DNA from: a bacterium
GTDB taxonomy: Bacteria; Hydrothermota; 32-111
Direction of reading: 5' to 3'
DNA length: 35,532 bases
NCBI GenBank assembly: GCA_050239825.1
Contig: JBFXGO010000024.1
Span: 1-35,532 of the forward strand
The translations under genes were made by a program, and so were the position numbers. Shown here one piece after another: positions 1-7,880 of this stretch (positions are counted from its first letter, which is position 1; the number at the start of each line of letters is the position of its first letter). The notes beneath the pieces were generated by a model that ran no database searches, was not told the DNA's origin, and saw only the letters and a program-made list of their open reading frames with translations.

Positions 1-209
1 TTTATCCCTTTATCTATCTTCACACTATGCGTCGTCAGATCATTCCGAATATTTAGACTGTCATCAGTCCAATTTGCCTGATAGTATCCCGTCAATTCCC
101 TCTCTTCTTTTACCAGTAAATTCTCTTCCGTAAAAAAATTATAATTATATGTATTTGAAAAAATGTTAAGTGAGATGAACAGAATTAATACTATGTACAT
201 TTTCAGCAT
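1..209 (-). CDS. Partial CDS (N-terminus) of a probable secreted hypothetical protein, runs off the window edge
   Basis: Manual translation from the ATG at 209: MLKMYIVLILFISLNIFSNTYNY..., open to position 1. GGAGGA lies just upstream (211-216), the N-terminus is signal-peptide-like, and a promoter sits at 232-260. Confidence 0.75.
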   Translation of the reverse strand, partial: MLKMYIVLILFISLNIFSNTYNYNFFTEENLLVKEERELTGYYQANWTDDSLNIRNDLTTHSVKIDKGI

Positions 210-231
210 TTCCTCCTTTTTGTCTGCCTAT

Positions 232-260
232 ATTATACCTATTCAGGTGCTAAAAATCAA
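232..260 (-). promoter_or_regulatory. Sigma70-type promoter TTGATT-N17-TATAAT
   Basis: -35 at 260-255 and -10 at 237-232 on the minus strand, 17-bp spacer, upstream of the partial CDS. Confidence 0.65.
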
Positions 261-279
261 TTGATAATTGTATCGGGTT

Positions 280-358
280 GTAGAGACGTTGCAATGCAAC
301 ATCTCTACAGAAAATGATATTGAGCTTTTACAGAGACAAGGCAATGCCTTGTCTCTAC
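280..358. repeat. Pair of GTAG-type REP-like palindromes
   Basis: GTAGAGACGTTGCAATGCAACATCTCTAC (280-308) and ACAGAGACAAGGCAATGCCTTGTCTCTAC (330-358). They share the AGAGAC...GCAATGC...TCTCTAC frame. Confidence 0.8.
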
Positions 359-370
359 AGTGAATTGAAA

Positions 371-2020
371 TTATTTACCGAGGATTGCCTTGATGTCCTC
401 TTCTGCAGTGGTAATCGGTATAAGATTGAAATTATCCTTCAACACCTTATAAACTGACGGTTTCACAAATGCCGGCATTGTGGGTCCCAGCCTTATGTTT
501 TTTATTCCGAGGTGAAGAAGAGTGAGAAGTATGCAGACAGCCTTCTGTTCATACCATGATAGTATTATAGAAAGCGGAAGAGAATTCACATCAGTTTTGA
601 ATGCATCCGCAAGTGCAACCGCTATCTTGATTGCGGAGTAGGCATCATTGCATTGGCCTATGTCAAGAAGACGGGGAATTCCCTCAATATCTCCGAATTC
701 CATCTTGTTGAACCTGTACTTGCCGCATGCAAGAGTCAGAATAACCGTGTCACTGGGAAGCTTTTGCGCAAAATCCGTGTAATAGCTTCTTCCCGGTTTT
801 GCTCCGTCGCATCCGCCTATCAGGAAGAAGTGCTTTATCTTTCCCTGCTTTACAAGGTCTATTACTTTGTCCGCTACTCCGAGAACCGCATTGTGTCCAA
901 AACCTACGGTTATGTACTTCTCTTCTCCGTCTTCCTTAAATCCTTCCTCCGCAAGAGCCGCCTCAATCAGAGGAGTAAAATCCTTCTTTTCATCTATGTG
1001 AGTGACATCAGGCCAGGCGACAAGCCCTGTCGTGAAGATTCTTCCCTTGTATGAATCCTTTGGCTTCTGTATGCAGTTCGTAGTCATCAGTATCGCGCCC
1101 TTGAAATCGTCAAATTCATTTCTCTGGTTCTGCCAAGCAGAGCCGTAGTTGCCTGCGAGATGTTTGAATTTCTTAAGCTCTGGATAGGCGAGTGCGGGAA
1201 GCATCTCTCCGTGAGTGTAGATGTTTATTCCTTTTCCCTCAGTCTGCTTTAACAGCATGTAAAGGTCCTTAAGGTCATGCCCGGATATGAGTATTGCCTT
1301 TCCCTTCTTGGGAGTCACTCTTACTCTTGTTGGAACAGGGTTTCCGTATGCTCCGGTGTTTGCCCTATCAAGCATCTCCATAACTTTGAGATTAACCTCT
1401 CCGACCTTCAGAGCGAGTGCAGTGAGTTCTCCTTGGTTTTCAAGGTCCATTGCCAGAGAGTTCAAAGCATCACTGAAAAACTCATAGACTTTGTCATCCT
1501 CTACTCCGAGAATTCTGGCATGGTCTGCATAGGCGGCTGTTCCCTTGAGTCCGTAGATTATCAGATGCCTCAGTCCGGCTATGTCCTCTTTGAAACGCAA
1601 AATCTCTTTATCGAATGAGACTGATTCTGCCTGTTTAAGAAGCTTTGAATAGTCCTTCTCCGCCCTAATAACTGCAGGTCCCTTTAAATTCTCCGCTTCC
1701 ACCCCCCTCTCTTTACAAATCTTGATGTACTCATTAGCTGATGATTCCTTAATCCTGTCTGCATCTTCAATGAGCTTCGCAACTCTCTTCGGGTCAAAGT
1801 TGACATTGGTCACTGTTGTGAAGAGAGCCTCTACAATGAATCTGTCGGCTGACTGATTTCTGACTCCCATCTTATTCAGCCGGTTCTCATACATTGCTAT
1901 TCCCTGAGTGAAATAGAGAAGCAGATCCTGCAAATCGGATGTCTCTGGGTCTTTTCCGCACACTCCGAAGGCGGTGCATCCGCTCTCCTTTGCTGTTTGT
2001 TCGCACTGGTAACAAAACAT
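371..2020 (-). CDS. hcp: Hybrid cluster protein (hydroxylamine/NO reductase)
   Basis: N-terminal MFCYQCEQT...GC...GVCGK (Cx2Cx8Cx5C); ISGHDL, YTHGEMLP, TTNC, GGCDG, GQCNDAYS and SWYEQKA motifs; 549 aa. Confidence 0.98.
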   Translation of the reverse strand: MFCYQCEQTAKESGCTAFGVCGKDPETSDLQDLLLYFTQGIAMYENRLNKMGVRNQSADRFIVEALFTTVTNVNFDPKRVAKLIEDADRIKESSANEYIKICKERGVEAENLKGPAVIRAEKDYSKLLKQAESVSFDKEILRFKEDIAGLRHLIIYGLKGTAAYADHARILGVEDDKVYEFFSDALNSLAMDLENQGELTALALKVGEVNLKVMEMLDRANTGAYGNPVPTRVRVTPKKGKAILISGHDLKDLYMLLKQTEGKGINIYTHGEMLPALAYPELKKFKHLAGNYGSAWQNQRNEFDDFKGAILMTTNCIQKPKDSYKGRIFTTGLVAWPDVTHIDEKKDFTPLIEAALAEEGFKEDGEEKYITVGFGHNAVLGVADKVIDLVKQGKIKHFFLIGGCDGAKPGRSYYTDFAQKLPSDTVILTLACGKYRFNKMEFGDIEGIPRLLDIGQCNDAYSAIKIAVALADAFKTDVNSLPLSIILSWYEQKAVCILLTLLHLGIKNIRLGPTMPAFVKPSVYKVLKDNFNLIPITTAEEDIKAILGK

Positions 2021-2021
2021 A

Positions 2022-2441
2022 TTATCCTCCTTTTTTATTTCTTTTTATAAATGATTCAATATTATTTGCCTTAAGATAGTCTATGAACTCATTATTCAGT
2101 TTCGTCACCACTCCGTTGAATATGCAGGTGTTGAAGGGGCACTTTTTTCTTGAGAGAGGGCACTTTTTTGAGTCAAGCTCTCCCTCCATGACAATAAAAA
2201 CATCATACAGGGTAATCTTGGATGCGTCTTTGGCGAGCATAAAGCCCCCCTGAGGGCCGCGGCTTGATATTATAAGGCGTGATTTTACCAACCATTGAAG
2301 CACCTTTGAGAGATGCGCCTCTGAAGCGCCTGTCATCTCCGATATTTCGTTTGTTTTAACAACACCCTTCTTTGTGGCTATGTAAGCGATGCTGTGAAGA
2401 GCGAGGGATGTGGATTCCGATATGTGAATTACTGTCGACAT
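2022..2441 (-). CDS. Rrf2-family transcriptional regulator with three C-terminal Cys (probable Fe-S sensor)
   Basis: HLSKVLQ...SSRGPQGGFMLAK...ITLYDV Rrf2 signature and C-x6-C-x4-C. Start moved to the ATG at 2441 (MSTVIHIS), which follows AGGAG. Confidence 0.93.
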   Translation of the reverse strand: MSTVIHISESTSLALHSIAYIATKKGVVKTNEISEMTGASEAHLSKVLQWLVKSRLIISSRGPQGGFMLAKDASKITLYDVFIVMEGELDSKKCPLSRKKCPFNTCIFNGVVTKLNNEFIDYLKANNIESFIKRNKKGG

Positions 2442-2455
2442 TTTTTCTCCTTTTA

Positions 2456-2488
2456 TGGTATTATAATACCACAATACCAATTTGTCAA
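2456..2488 (-). promoter_or_regulatory. Consensus sigma70 promoter TTGACA-N17-TATAAT overlapped by the palindrome TGGTATTATAATACCA (putative Rrf2 operator)
   Basis: -35 at 2488-2483, -10 at 2465-2460, perfect 16-bp palindrome at 2456-2471. Confidence 0.8.
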
Positions 2489-2491
2489 GAT

Positions 2492-2522
2492 AAAAAAGGG
2501 GAATTTTGCTTCCCCTTTTTTT
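2492..2522 (-). terminator. Intrinsic terminator, potentially bidirectional
   Basis: AAAAAAGGGGAA-ttttgc-TTCCCCTTTTTT, immediately after the stop codon at 2527. Confidence 0.85.
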
Positions 2523-2526
2523 CAAA

Positions 2527-2682
2527 CTACTTTGCTAATTTTTCTTTTGCAACGACTTCAGACCAGGTCTTTCCTCCCGTTGTCTCCATGATGTAGACTA
2601 TGCCGCCATAAAGAGGAAGCACGAATGTCCATACCAATGCAGGGCTCATGAACCACTCAATCCGTCTGCCCTTTGTCTTGTC
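2527..2682 (-). CDS. C-terminal fragment of an unknown membrane-associated protein, truncated by the gap
   Basis: Manual translation DKTKGRRIEWFMSPALVWTFVLPLYGGIVYIMETTGGKTWSEVVAKEKLAK*, followed by a terminator. Confidence 0.6.
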   Translation of the reverse strand, partial: DKTKGRRIEWFMSPALVWTFVLPLYGGIVYIMETTGGKTWSEVVAKEKLAK

Positions 2683-2782
2683 NNNNNNNNNNNNNNNNNN
2701 NNNNNNNNNNNNNNNNNNNNNNNNNNNNNNNNNNNNNNNNNNNNNNNNNNNNNNNNNNNNNNNNNNNNNNNNNNNNNNNNNN
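2683..2782. other. Assembly gap (100 N)
   Basis: Run of exactly 100 N, usually a placeholder for a gap of unknown size. Confidence 0.99.
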
Positions 2783-3395
2783 TCTCCTTGAAACTATAGT
2801 GGCTCTTGGAGGAAAAGATTATATGGTCCACTATTTCAATCCCGAGTATCTTGGCACCCTCTTGAAGCCTCTCGGTTACAAGAATGTCTTCTTTCGAAGG
2901 CTCCGTGTCGCCTGACGGATGATTGTGCATTAAAATAATTCCCGAAGCTCTATCGGAGATGGCATCCGCAAAAACCTCCCTCGGATGCACAAGGCTTCTG
3001 TTGAGTGTTCCTATAAAGACCGTTCTTTTGTGTATGAGACAGCCCGCACCGTTTAAGGTAATCACTATGAAATGCTCCTGACGGCGCTCTCTTATGTTTT
3101 CAACAAGCTTCACCGCATCAGACGGATTTGTGATTTTTTTCTGAATGCATTTTCTCTTTGTAAAAAGCTCGCATGCGGCTGAAAGGCGCATAGCAGGTAT
3201 ATCTCCCAGCCCTTCAGTTGTGCGAAGAGATTCAAATGTCATCTTTGAAAAATCATCGGAAAATCTTGCCTCCAATTCATTCGCGATAGATATCAGGTCT
3301 CTCTTCTTCCCGCATGAGCCCAATATGACTGCCAGCAGTTCCGAATCTGACAAACTTGCCACGCCCTCTCTTTTTAGCTTTTCTTTACAGACCAT
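2783..3395 (-). CDS. radC: RadC-like JAB-domain protein (3' end cut by the gap)
   Basis: LSDSELLAVIL, GTLNRSLVHPREVF, HNHPSGD.EPS.ED and DHII motifs. Start at the ATG at 3395, after GGAGG. Confidence 0.93.
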
Positions 3396-3414
3396 ACCGC
3401 CTCCCTTGTTATTT

Positions 3415-4218
3415 TCAAACAGTCTTAAACTCGAAAATAACCTCTCTCTCTTCAATATTCCGTCTTTTTATAAAATCATTCAGATATCTTCTTACGGAAT
3501 TCTTCACTTCATTCTCTTCCCTGTAAATATCCGCTTTGACAAGCAACCCATCTTCTCTCTCTACTATCCTCGCATTTACCAGTCCTCTTATTCTCAGATT
3601 TATCTCCCTTCCGAGCAGGTCCCTGTGCACCGCGTAGTGGGTCTTGTAATTTGTGTTGAACATAAGAATTCTCTCTTTATTGAGAACGGGCAGTCCTTCA
3701 ACAATAAATTTTCTGCTTCTTTTTGTATCTTCCGAAATAAAATAAATTATTCTTTCCTTTCCCCTGAATCTATACAGATTTTCGAATGCGGCATCTCTCT
3801 CAAGCTTCGTAACATCATTTACCGAATATCTCATCTTTCTATCTACAGAATACAGATTCTCTTCGCTTTCAGTGTCGAGAAAATAAACCGGTGAATTGAA
3901 TGCAGACCTATACTCGTCATGAAGGAAAAGGTCGTCTCCGTCGAAAGCTATAATTATATCGGTTCTGTGAATGAAAAAAACCTCAAGAGGACTGAGTTTT
4001 TTCAGATGCTCGTCTGAACCTGCAATTATATTGTAATGATTCTCCTTGAAAGCATCAATTATCTCTTTGTTCTGCTGTTTCATTGAAATAAATGTCAAAA
4101 AACCATCTGAAAAATTGTTATCGCAATTGCAGAGAAGAGCTATCGATATTTTTTTGAGATTTTTCACAGAATGATTTGTGTCAAGAAATGCTCTCAGCTT
4201 TTTCGTCATCTTTTCCAT
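3415..4218 (-). CDS. Hypothetical protein, possibly a degenerate RNase J-like protein
   Basis: 267-aa ORF on the same strand as its neighbours, ending 19 bp before the radC start. Faint RNase J-like segments (see findings). Confidence 0.7.
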   Translation of the reverse strand: MEKMTKKLRAFLDTNHSVKNLKKISIALLCNCDNNFSDGFLTFISMKQQNKEIIDAFKENHYNIIAGSDEHLKKLSPLEVFFIHRTDIIIAFDGDDLFLHDEYRSAFNSPVYFLDTESEENLYSVDRKMRYSVNDVTKLERDAAFENLYRFRGKERIIYFISEDTKRSRKFIVEGLPVLNKERILMFNTNYKTHYAVHRDLLGREINLRIRGLVNARIVEREDGLLVKADIYREENEVKNSVRRYLNDFIKRRNIEEREVIFEFKTV

Positions 4219-4265
4219 ATTAGCTTTCTGTTTCTCTTTGTGTTTTATTTAGAATTTTTCTCATC

Positions 4266-5552
4266 TTATTTTTTTGCGGCAGTTAAAACAGTTTTTTTTG
4301 CCTCAAATCCCGCATCTTCAGCATACTTGAATATGAATTCCTTCTTGGAGGATAGCGCCGGAAAATTCAAAATGGATTTTGCCGCGAGTATGAAAGACCT
4401 TACAATGTCCACATAAAGCAGATATTCCTCCTTCATATCCGATTTTATGAATGAGGATGTTTCAAACTTCATCTTTAAGGGATTGATATATTTACCGTTT
4501 ATGCTGACCGCATAGTGAAGGTGATTCCCGGTAGCGTAGCCCGTCCTTCCGACCGTGCCGATTATCTCTCCCTGACTGACGAATTTTCCCTCCTTGACCG
4601 AAGGAGCATATTTGTTCAGATGACAGTATTCTGTTATATAGCCGTTTTCATGCTTGATTTTTATAGTTCTTCCGCCGACCGCATTATAACCTTTTTGTAT
4701 CACTATTCCATCCCCTGCGGCAAAGACGCTGGTGCCCTTGGGTGCCGAATAATCTATTGCCTCATGAGGCAGATACTTTTTCAATATCGGATGAAACCTC
4801 TTTGTTGTGAACTTCGAAGAGATTCTCGTATAGAAGGCAAGAGGAGCCTTCATAATGGTTCCCGAGAGGGAGTTTCCCTTCTCGTCAAAGTACCCTCCGG
4901 CGGAATCATTCCCATAGTAAAATGCTTCAAACATATTCTCTTTGTTTTCAAAAGATGCATACAGTATCTTTCCGTATCCGTAGAATTTTTCATCCATGAA
5001 AATCTTCTCTATAAGGATAGTGAATTTGTCATTGTTCTGTATATCCGAGTAGGCGTCAAACTGCCATTCAAATACCTTTGCGAACCGGGAAGCCAGATCA
5101 TCCTTCTCTCCCCGCATCTTAAAAGTGTAATAAAGGTTTGAAGTTACACTTCCTTCTATGAGAGCAACCGACACGCTCTTCTTCACATCCTTTTTCTGGG
5201 ATTTGAATTTATCGTCAAATTCTATTGTGTAAATGTCCGCCAGACTCTTCCTGTATTCCAGTTTTTTAAAATTAAAATTTTTGTCAGTAAAAATGAATAT
5301 CTCTTCTCCGGGCTTTATCGTTTTAGGGTCAACATTGTTTTCAAATACTTTTACGACTGAATCTATTATCGCTCTCTCTATGTGCGATTTTCTGAGAATG
5401 TCTATTACCGTATCCCCTTGTTTCAGCACATATCTCACTCCCACAAGGTCATTATTCTCTTTATTTGCAGGAGTATCTCCCTTCACTCTCCATGTGAATA
5501 GAGGGAACAGAAAAACTGCAGTAATGAAAAGTATTATAACTCTCTTTTTCAA
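4266..5552 (-). CDS. M23-family peptidoglycan DD-endopeptidase (MepM/Csd3-like)
   Basis: N-terminal anchor; RFHPILK...HEAIDY (HxxxD), YCHL and TGYATGNHLHY (HxH). TTG start overlaps the upstream stop. Confidence 0.93.
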   Translation of the reverse strand: MKKRVIILFITAVFLFPLFTWRVKGDTPANKENNDLVGVRYVLKQGDTVIDILRKSHIERAIIDSVVKVFENNVDPKTIKPGEEIFIFTDKNFNFKKLEYRKSLADIYTIEFDDKFKSQKKDVKKSVSVALIEGSVTSNLYYTFKMRGEKDDLASRFAKVFEWQFDAYSDIQNNDKFTILIEKIFMDEKFYGYGKILYASFENKENMFEAFYYGNDSAGGYFDEKGNSLSGTIMKAPLAFYTRISSKFTTKRFHPILKKYLPHEAIDYSAPKGTSVFAAGDGIVIQKGYNAVGGRTIKIKHENGYITEYCHLNKYAPSVKEGKFVSQGEIIGTVGRTGYATGNHLHYAVSINGKYINPLKMKFETSSFIKSDMKEEYLLYVDIVRSFILAAKSILNFPALSSKKEFIFKYAEDAGFEAKKTVLTAAKK

Positions 5553-6379
5553 TCTTTAAGTCCGCTCCTTGAGTAGCTCTCAACAATCTGCTTCTGTGCA
5601 ATGAAGAAAAGTATTATTAAAGGAAGAATAACAAATGTGGAAGCCGCCATCAAAAGAGTATAGCTTGTCGACTGCTCCTGAACAAAGTATGCAAGTCCCA
5701 CCTGAACCGGTCGAATAGAGTCCGAGTTGGTAACTACCAGAGGCCATATAAATGAATTCCATGATGAAAGAGCCGTGAATATCGAAATTGTCACAAGAGC
5801 CGGTTTCGAAAGAGGCACCACTATTTTGAAGAGAAATCCGAGGTCCGAATAGCCGTCTATCACAGCCGCATCGTAAAGGTCATTAGGTATTGTCTTGAAG
5901 TGTTGTCTCAAAAGAAAAATCGCAAAAACATTGGACAGCCAAGGCACAATCTGCGCATAGTATGTGTCAATCCATCCGAACTGCTGTAGCATCATGTAGC
6001 CGGGAACAATATAAACAGGCATGGGAATCATCATTATCCCAAGAAGAGCTGTAAACACAAATTCCCTTCCCCTGAAATTAAATCTGGCAAATGCATAAGC
6101 GGCGAGTATCGATGTCAACAAGACTCCGGCAAGCTCGCACACAGTTATTATTATGGTATTTATAAAATAGCGTGTAAAATTAACCTGATTCCATGCCTCC
6201 GAGTAATTTGAAAACTGCGGATTTTTCGGAATGAATGTCGGTGGAAACTCCACAGATTCTATTGGCGTTTTCAATGATGTGGAGAGCATCCAGAAAAACG
6301 GAAAGAGTATGGTCAATGCGCCGATGACAAGCATAATATAAGTCATAATTATCGGAAGACGCCTCTTTACTTTATTCAT
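5549..6379 (-). CDS. Carbohydrate ABC transporter permease (MalG/UgpE-like)
   Basis: LYDAAVIDG EAA loop, SWNSFIWPL, hydrophobic helices. Likely start MNKVK at 6379. Confidence 0.95.
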   Translation of the reverse strand: MNKVKRRLPIIMTYIMLVIGALTILFPFFWMLSTSLKTPIESVEFPPTFIPKNPQFSNYSEAWNQVNFTRYFINTIIITVCELAGVLLTSILAAYAFARFNFRGREFVFTALLGIMMIPMPVYIVPGYMMLQQFGWIDTYYAQIVPWLSNVFAIFLLRQHFKTIPNDLYDAAVIDGYSDLGFLFKIVVPLSKPALVTISIFTALSSWNSFIWPLVVTNSDSIRPVQVGLAYFVQEQSTSYTLLMAASTFVILPLIILFFIAQKQIVESYSRSGLKD

Positions 6380-7310
6380 AGTGGACCCCCCTCTCACCGT
6401 ATTTTTTCTGAACGGCAGTAAGAGCGAGTATTATAAGAAAGAGAACAAAAGCTATGGCGGTGCCATATCCGTATTTTGAATAATTGAATGCCATGTCGTA
6501 GAGATAGTAGACGATCACATTGGTAGTGCCCAAAGGCCCGCCTGCAGGGGGGCCGGTCATCATCCACACGGGAGCAAACACCTGAAAGCTTGTGATTGTC
6601 GTCATTATAAAAATATAGAATGTCGTGGGAGATAGAAGAGGCCATGTAATATGCCTGAATGTCTGCCAATTTGAAGCTCCATCTATTTTTGCAGATTCAT
6701 AGTAATGGTTGGGTATATTCTGCAAGCCGGCAAGGTAAATAAGAACATTATAGCCGAGCGATTTCCATATAGTCATCAAAGACAAACTGAAAAGAGCAAG
6801 AGACGGACCTTTAAGCAGAAGAGGAAGATTCTGCCCGAACATCATTTCGAAAATGCCCCTTGATTCTTCAAGCCATCTGAACGGACCGGCTCCTATAAGA
6901 GACAAAACATAATTTGCTATTCCTATGCGAGGATGGTATATCCACTTCCATACGACTGAAATGGCTATTATTGAAGTGACATCGGGAAGAAAATAGATTG
7001 TTCTGAATGTTCCTCTCATTTTTATCTGTTGATTGAGCAGTATTGCTATGAAGAGAGAAAGAAAGACAACTCCCGGCATAACTGTTGCCACATACCAGAA
7101 TGTATTGAGAAGTGACTGCCAGAACTTTGCATCCCTAAATACCTCTATGTAATTTGAAATGCCCACAAACGCTTTGGGGCCGGCTATGCCCCATTCGTAA
7201 AAACTTATTCTGAATGCATAAAGGATGGGTATGAACCTGAATATAAAAAGTATTGCCAGAGCAGGCAATAAAAACAGCATCGCCTTAAAAAAGATCTGCT
7301 TTGCTTTCAT
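6372..7310 (-). CDS. Carbohydrate ABC transporter permease (MalF/UgpA-like)
   Basis: YLAGLQNIP...YESAKIDGAS.WQTFRHITWPLL motif. Confidence 0.95.
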   Translation of the reverse strand: MKAKQIFFKAMLFLLPALAILFIFRFIPILYAFRISFYEWGIAGPKAFVGISNYIEVFRDAKFWQSLLNTFWYVATVMPGVVFLSLFIAILLNQQIKMRGTFRTIYFLPDVTSIIAISVVWKWIYHPRIGIANYVLSLIGAGPFRWLEESRGIFEMMFGQNLPLLLKGPSLALFSLSLMTIWKSLGYNVLIYLAGLQNIPNHYYESAKIDGASNWQTFRHITWPLLSPTTFYIFIMTTITSFQVFAPVWMMTGPPAGGPLGTTNVIVYYLYDMAFNYSKYGYGTAIAFVLFLIILALTAVQKKYGERGVHYE

Positions 7311-7316
7311 ACTGTA

Positions 7317-7344
7317 ATTTTATATTATTGGAAAATAAAGTCAA
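7317..7344 (-). promoter_or_regulatory. Promoter TTGACT-N16-TAAAAT, 6 nt from the ATG (leaderless candidate)
   Basis: -35 at 7344-7339, -10 at 7322-7317, ATG at 7310, no SD sequence. Confidence 0.55.
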
Positions 7345-7880
7345 TAATTAAATAAATAATATGCAAGATTTACAGCGAGAGCAAGAACCGCCGATGACAA
7401 GACATAATAGCTGAAACCATATGAATAAAATCTCTTTGAGGGAAAGAATATGTATGTTTTCCCCTCGGAGAGATCTCTGAGCAGATGCGACAAAAGCGAA
7501 ATTAATACTATGAAGGAGAGATGACTGTTTTTTGCGGCAATGAAAACAACAGCTGTGGCAAAAAGCGCAAAAATGAGGGAGTGGGTCCACGGCCTTCTTC
7601 CGAGGGAAAGAAGATTGCTGATTTTTAAAGATCTCGCTTCTATTATATGGTCAAGGTCAATGAGGATGGAAAGAGCACAGCCAAAAAGAAATTCTTCCTT
7701 GAATCTCAGAAGCGGCATAGCCACTATCATGAAGTAACAGAGATGCATGAATGAATCATATAAAACATAGATTATGGGGGTTGTGAAGAATTTCTTTTCC
7801 AGATTTTTTTTCTCAAGAAAAATAAAAACAAAGAGAGATAAAAATTGCAGTAATACAGTAAGGCTATTTGAATAAAGCAT
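7341..7880 (-). CDS. Membrane-bound metal-dependent hydrolase (YdjM/TMEM267-like)
   Basis: H, LIDLDH, RPWTHS and SHLLRD motifs within hydrophobic segments. Confidence 0.8.
   Translation of the reverse strand: MLYSNSLTVLLQFLSLFVFIFLEKKNLEKKFFTTPIIYVLYDSFMHLCYFMIVAMPLLRFKEEFLFGCALSILIDLDHIIEARSLKISNLLSLGRRPWTHSLIFALFATAVVFIAAKNSHLSFIVLISLLSHLLRDLSEGKTYIFFPSKRFYSYGFSYYVLSSAVLALAVNLAYYLFNY

Noticed and set aside
280..358. CRISPR mini-array or integron attC sites
   Set aside because: The two units are not identical, the gap is only 21 bp, and there are no RYYYAAC/GTTRRRY cores or integrase.
2783..3395. RadC/JAB as part of a CBASS or mobile defence system
   Set aside because: It has the ordinary chromosomal RadC architecture, with no E1/E2, cyclase or mobile genes visible.
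2646..3455. 269-aa RadC ORF read through the N gap
   Set aside because: Artefact of translating Ns. Sequence left of the gap belongs to another gene in a different frame, so radC and rrf2-hcp need not be close neighbours.
3145..3894. 249-aa plus-strand ORF
   Set aside because: Antisense to radC and the upstream gene, with no SD or recognisable motifs. It is a shadow ORF.
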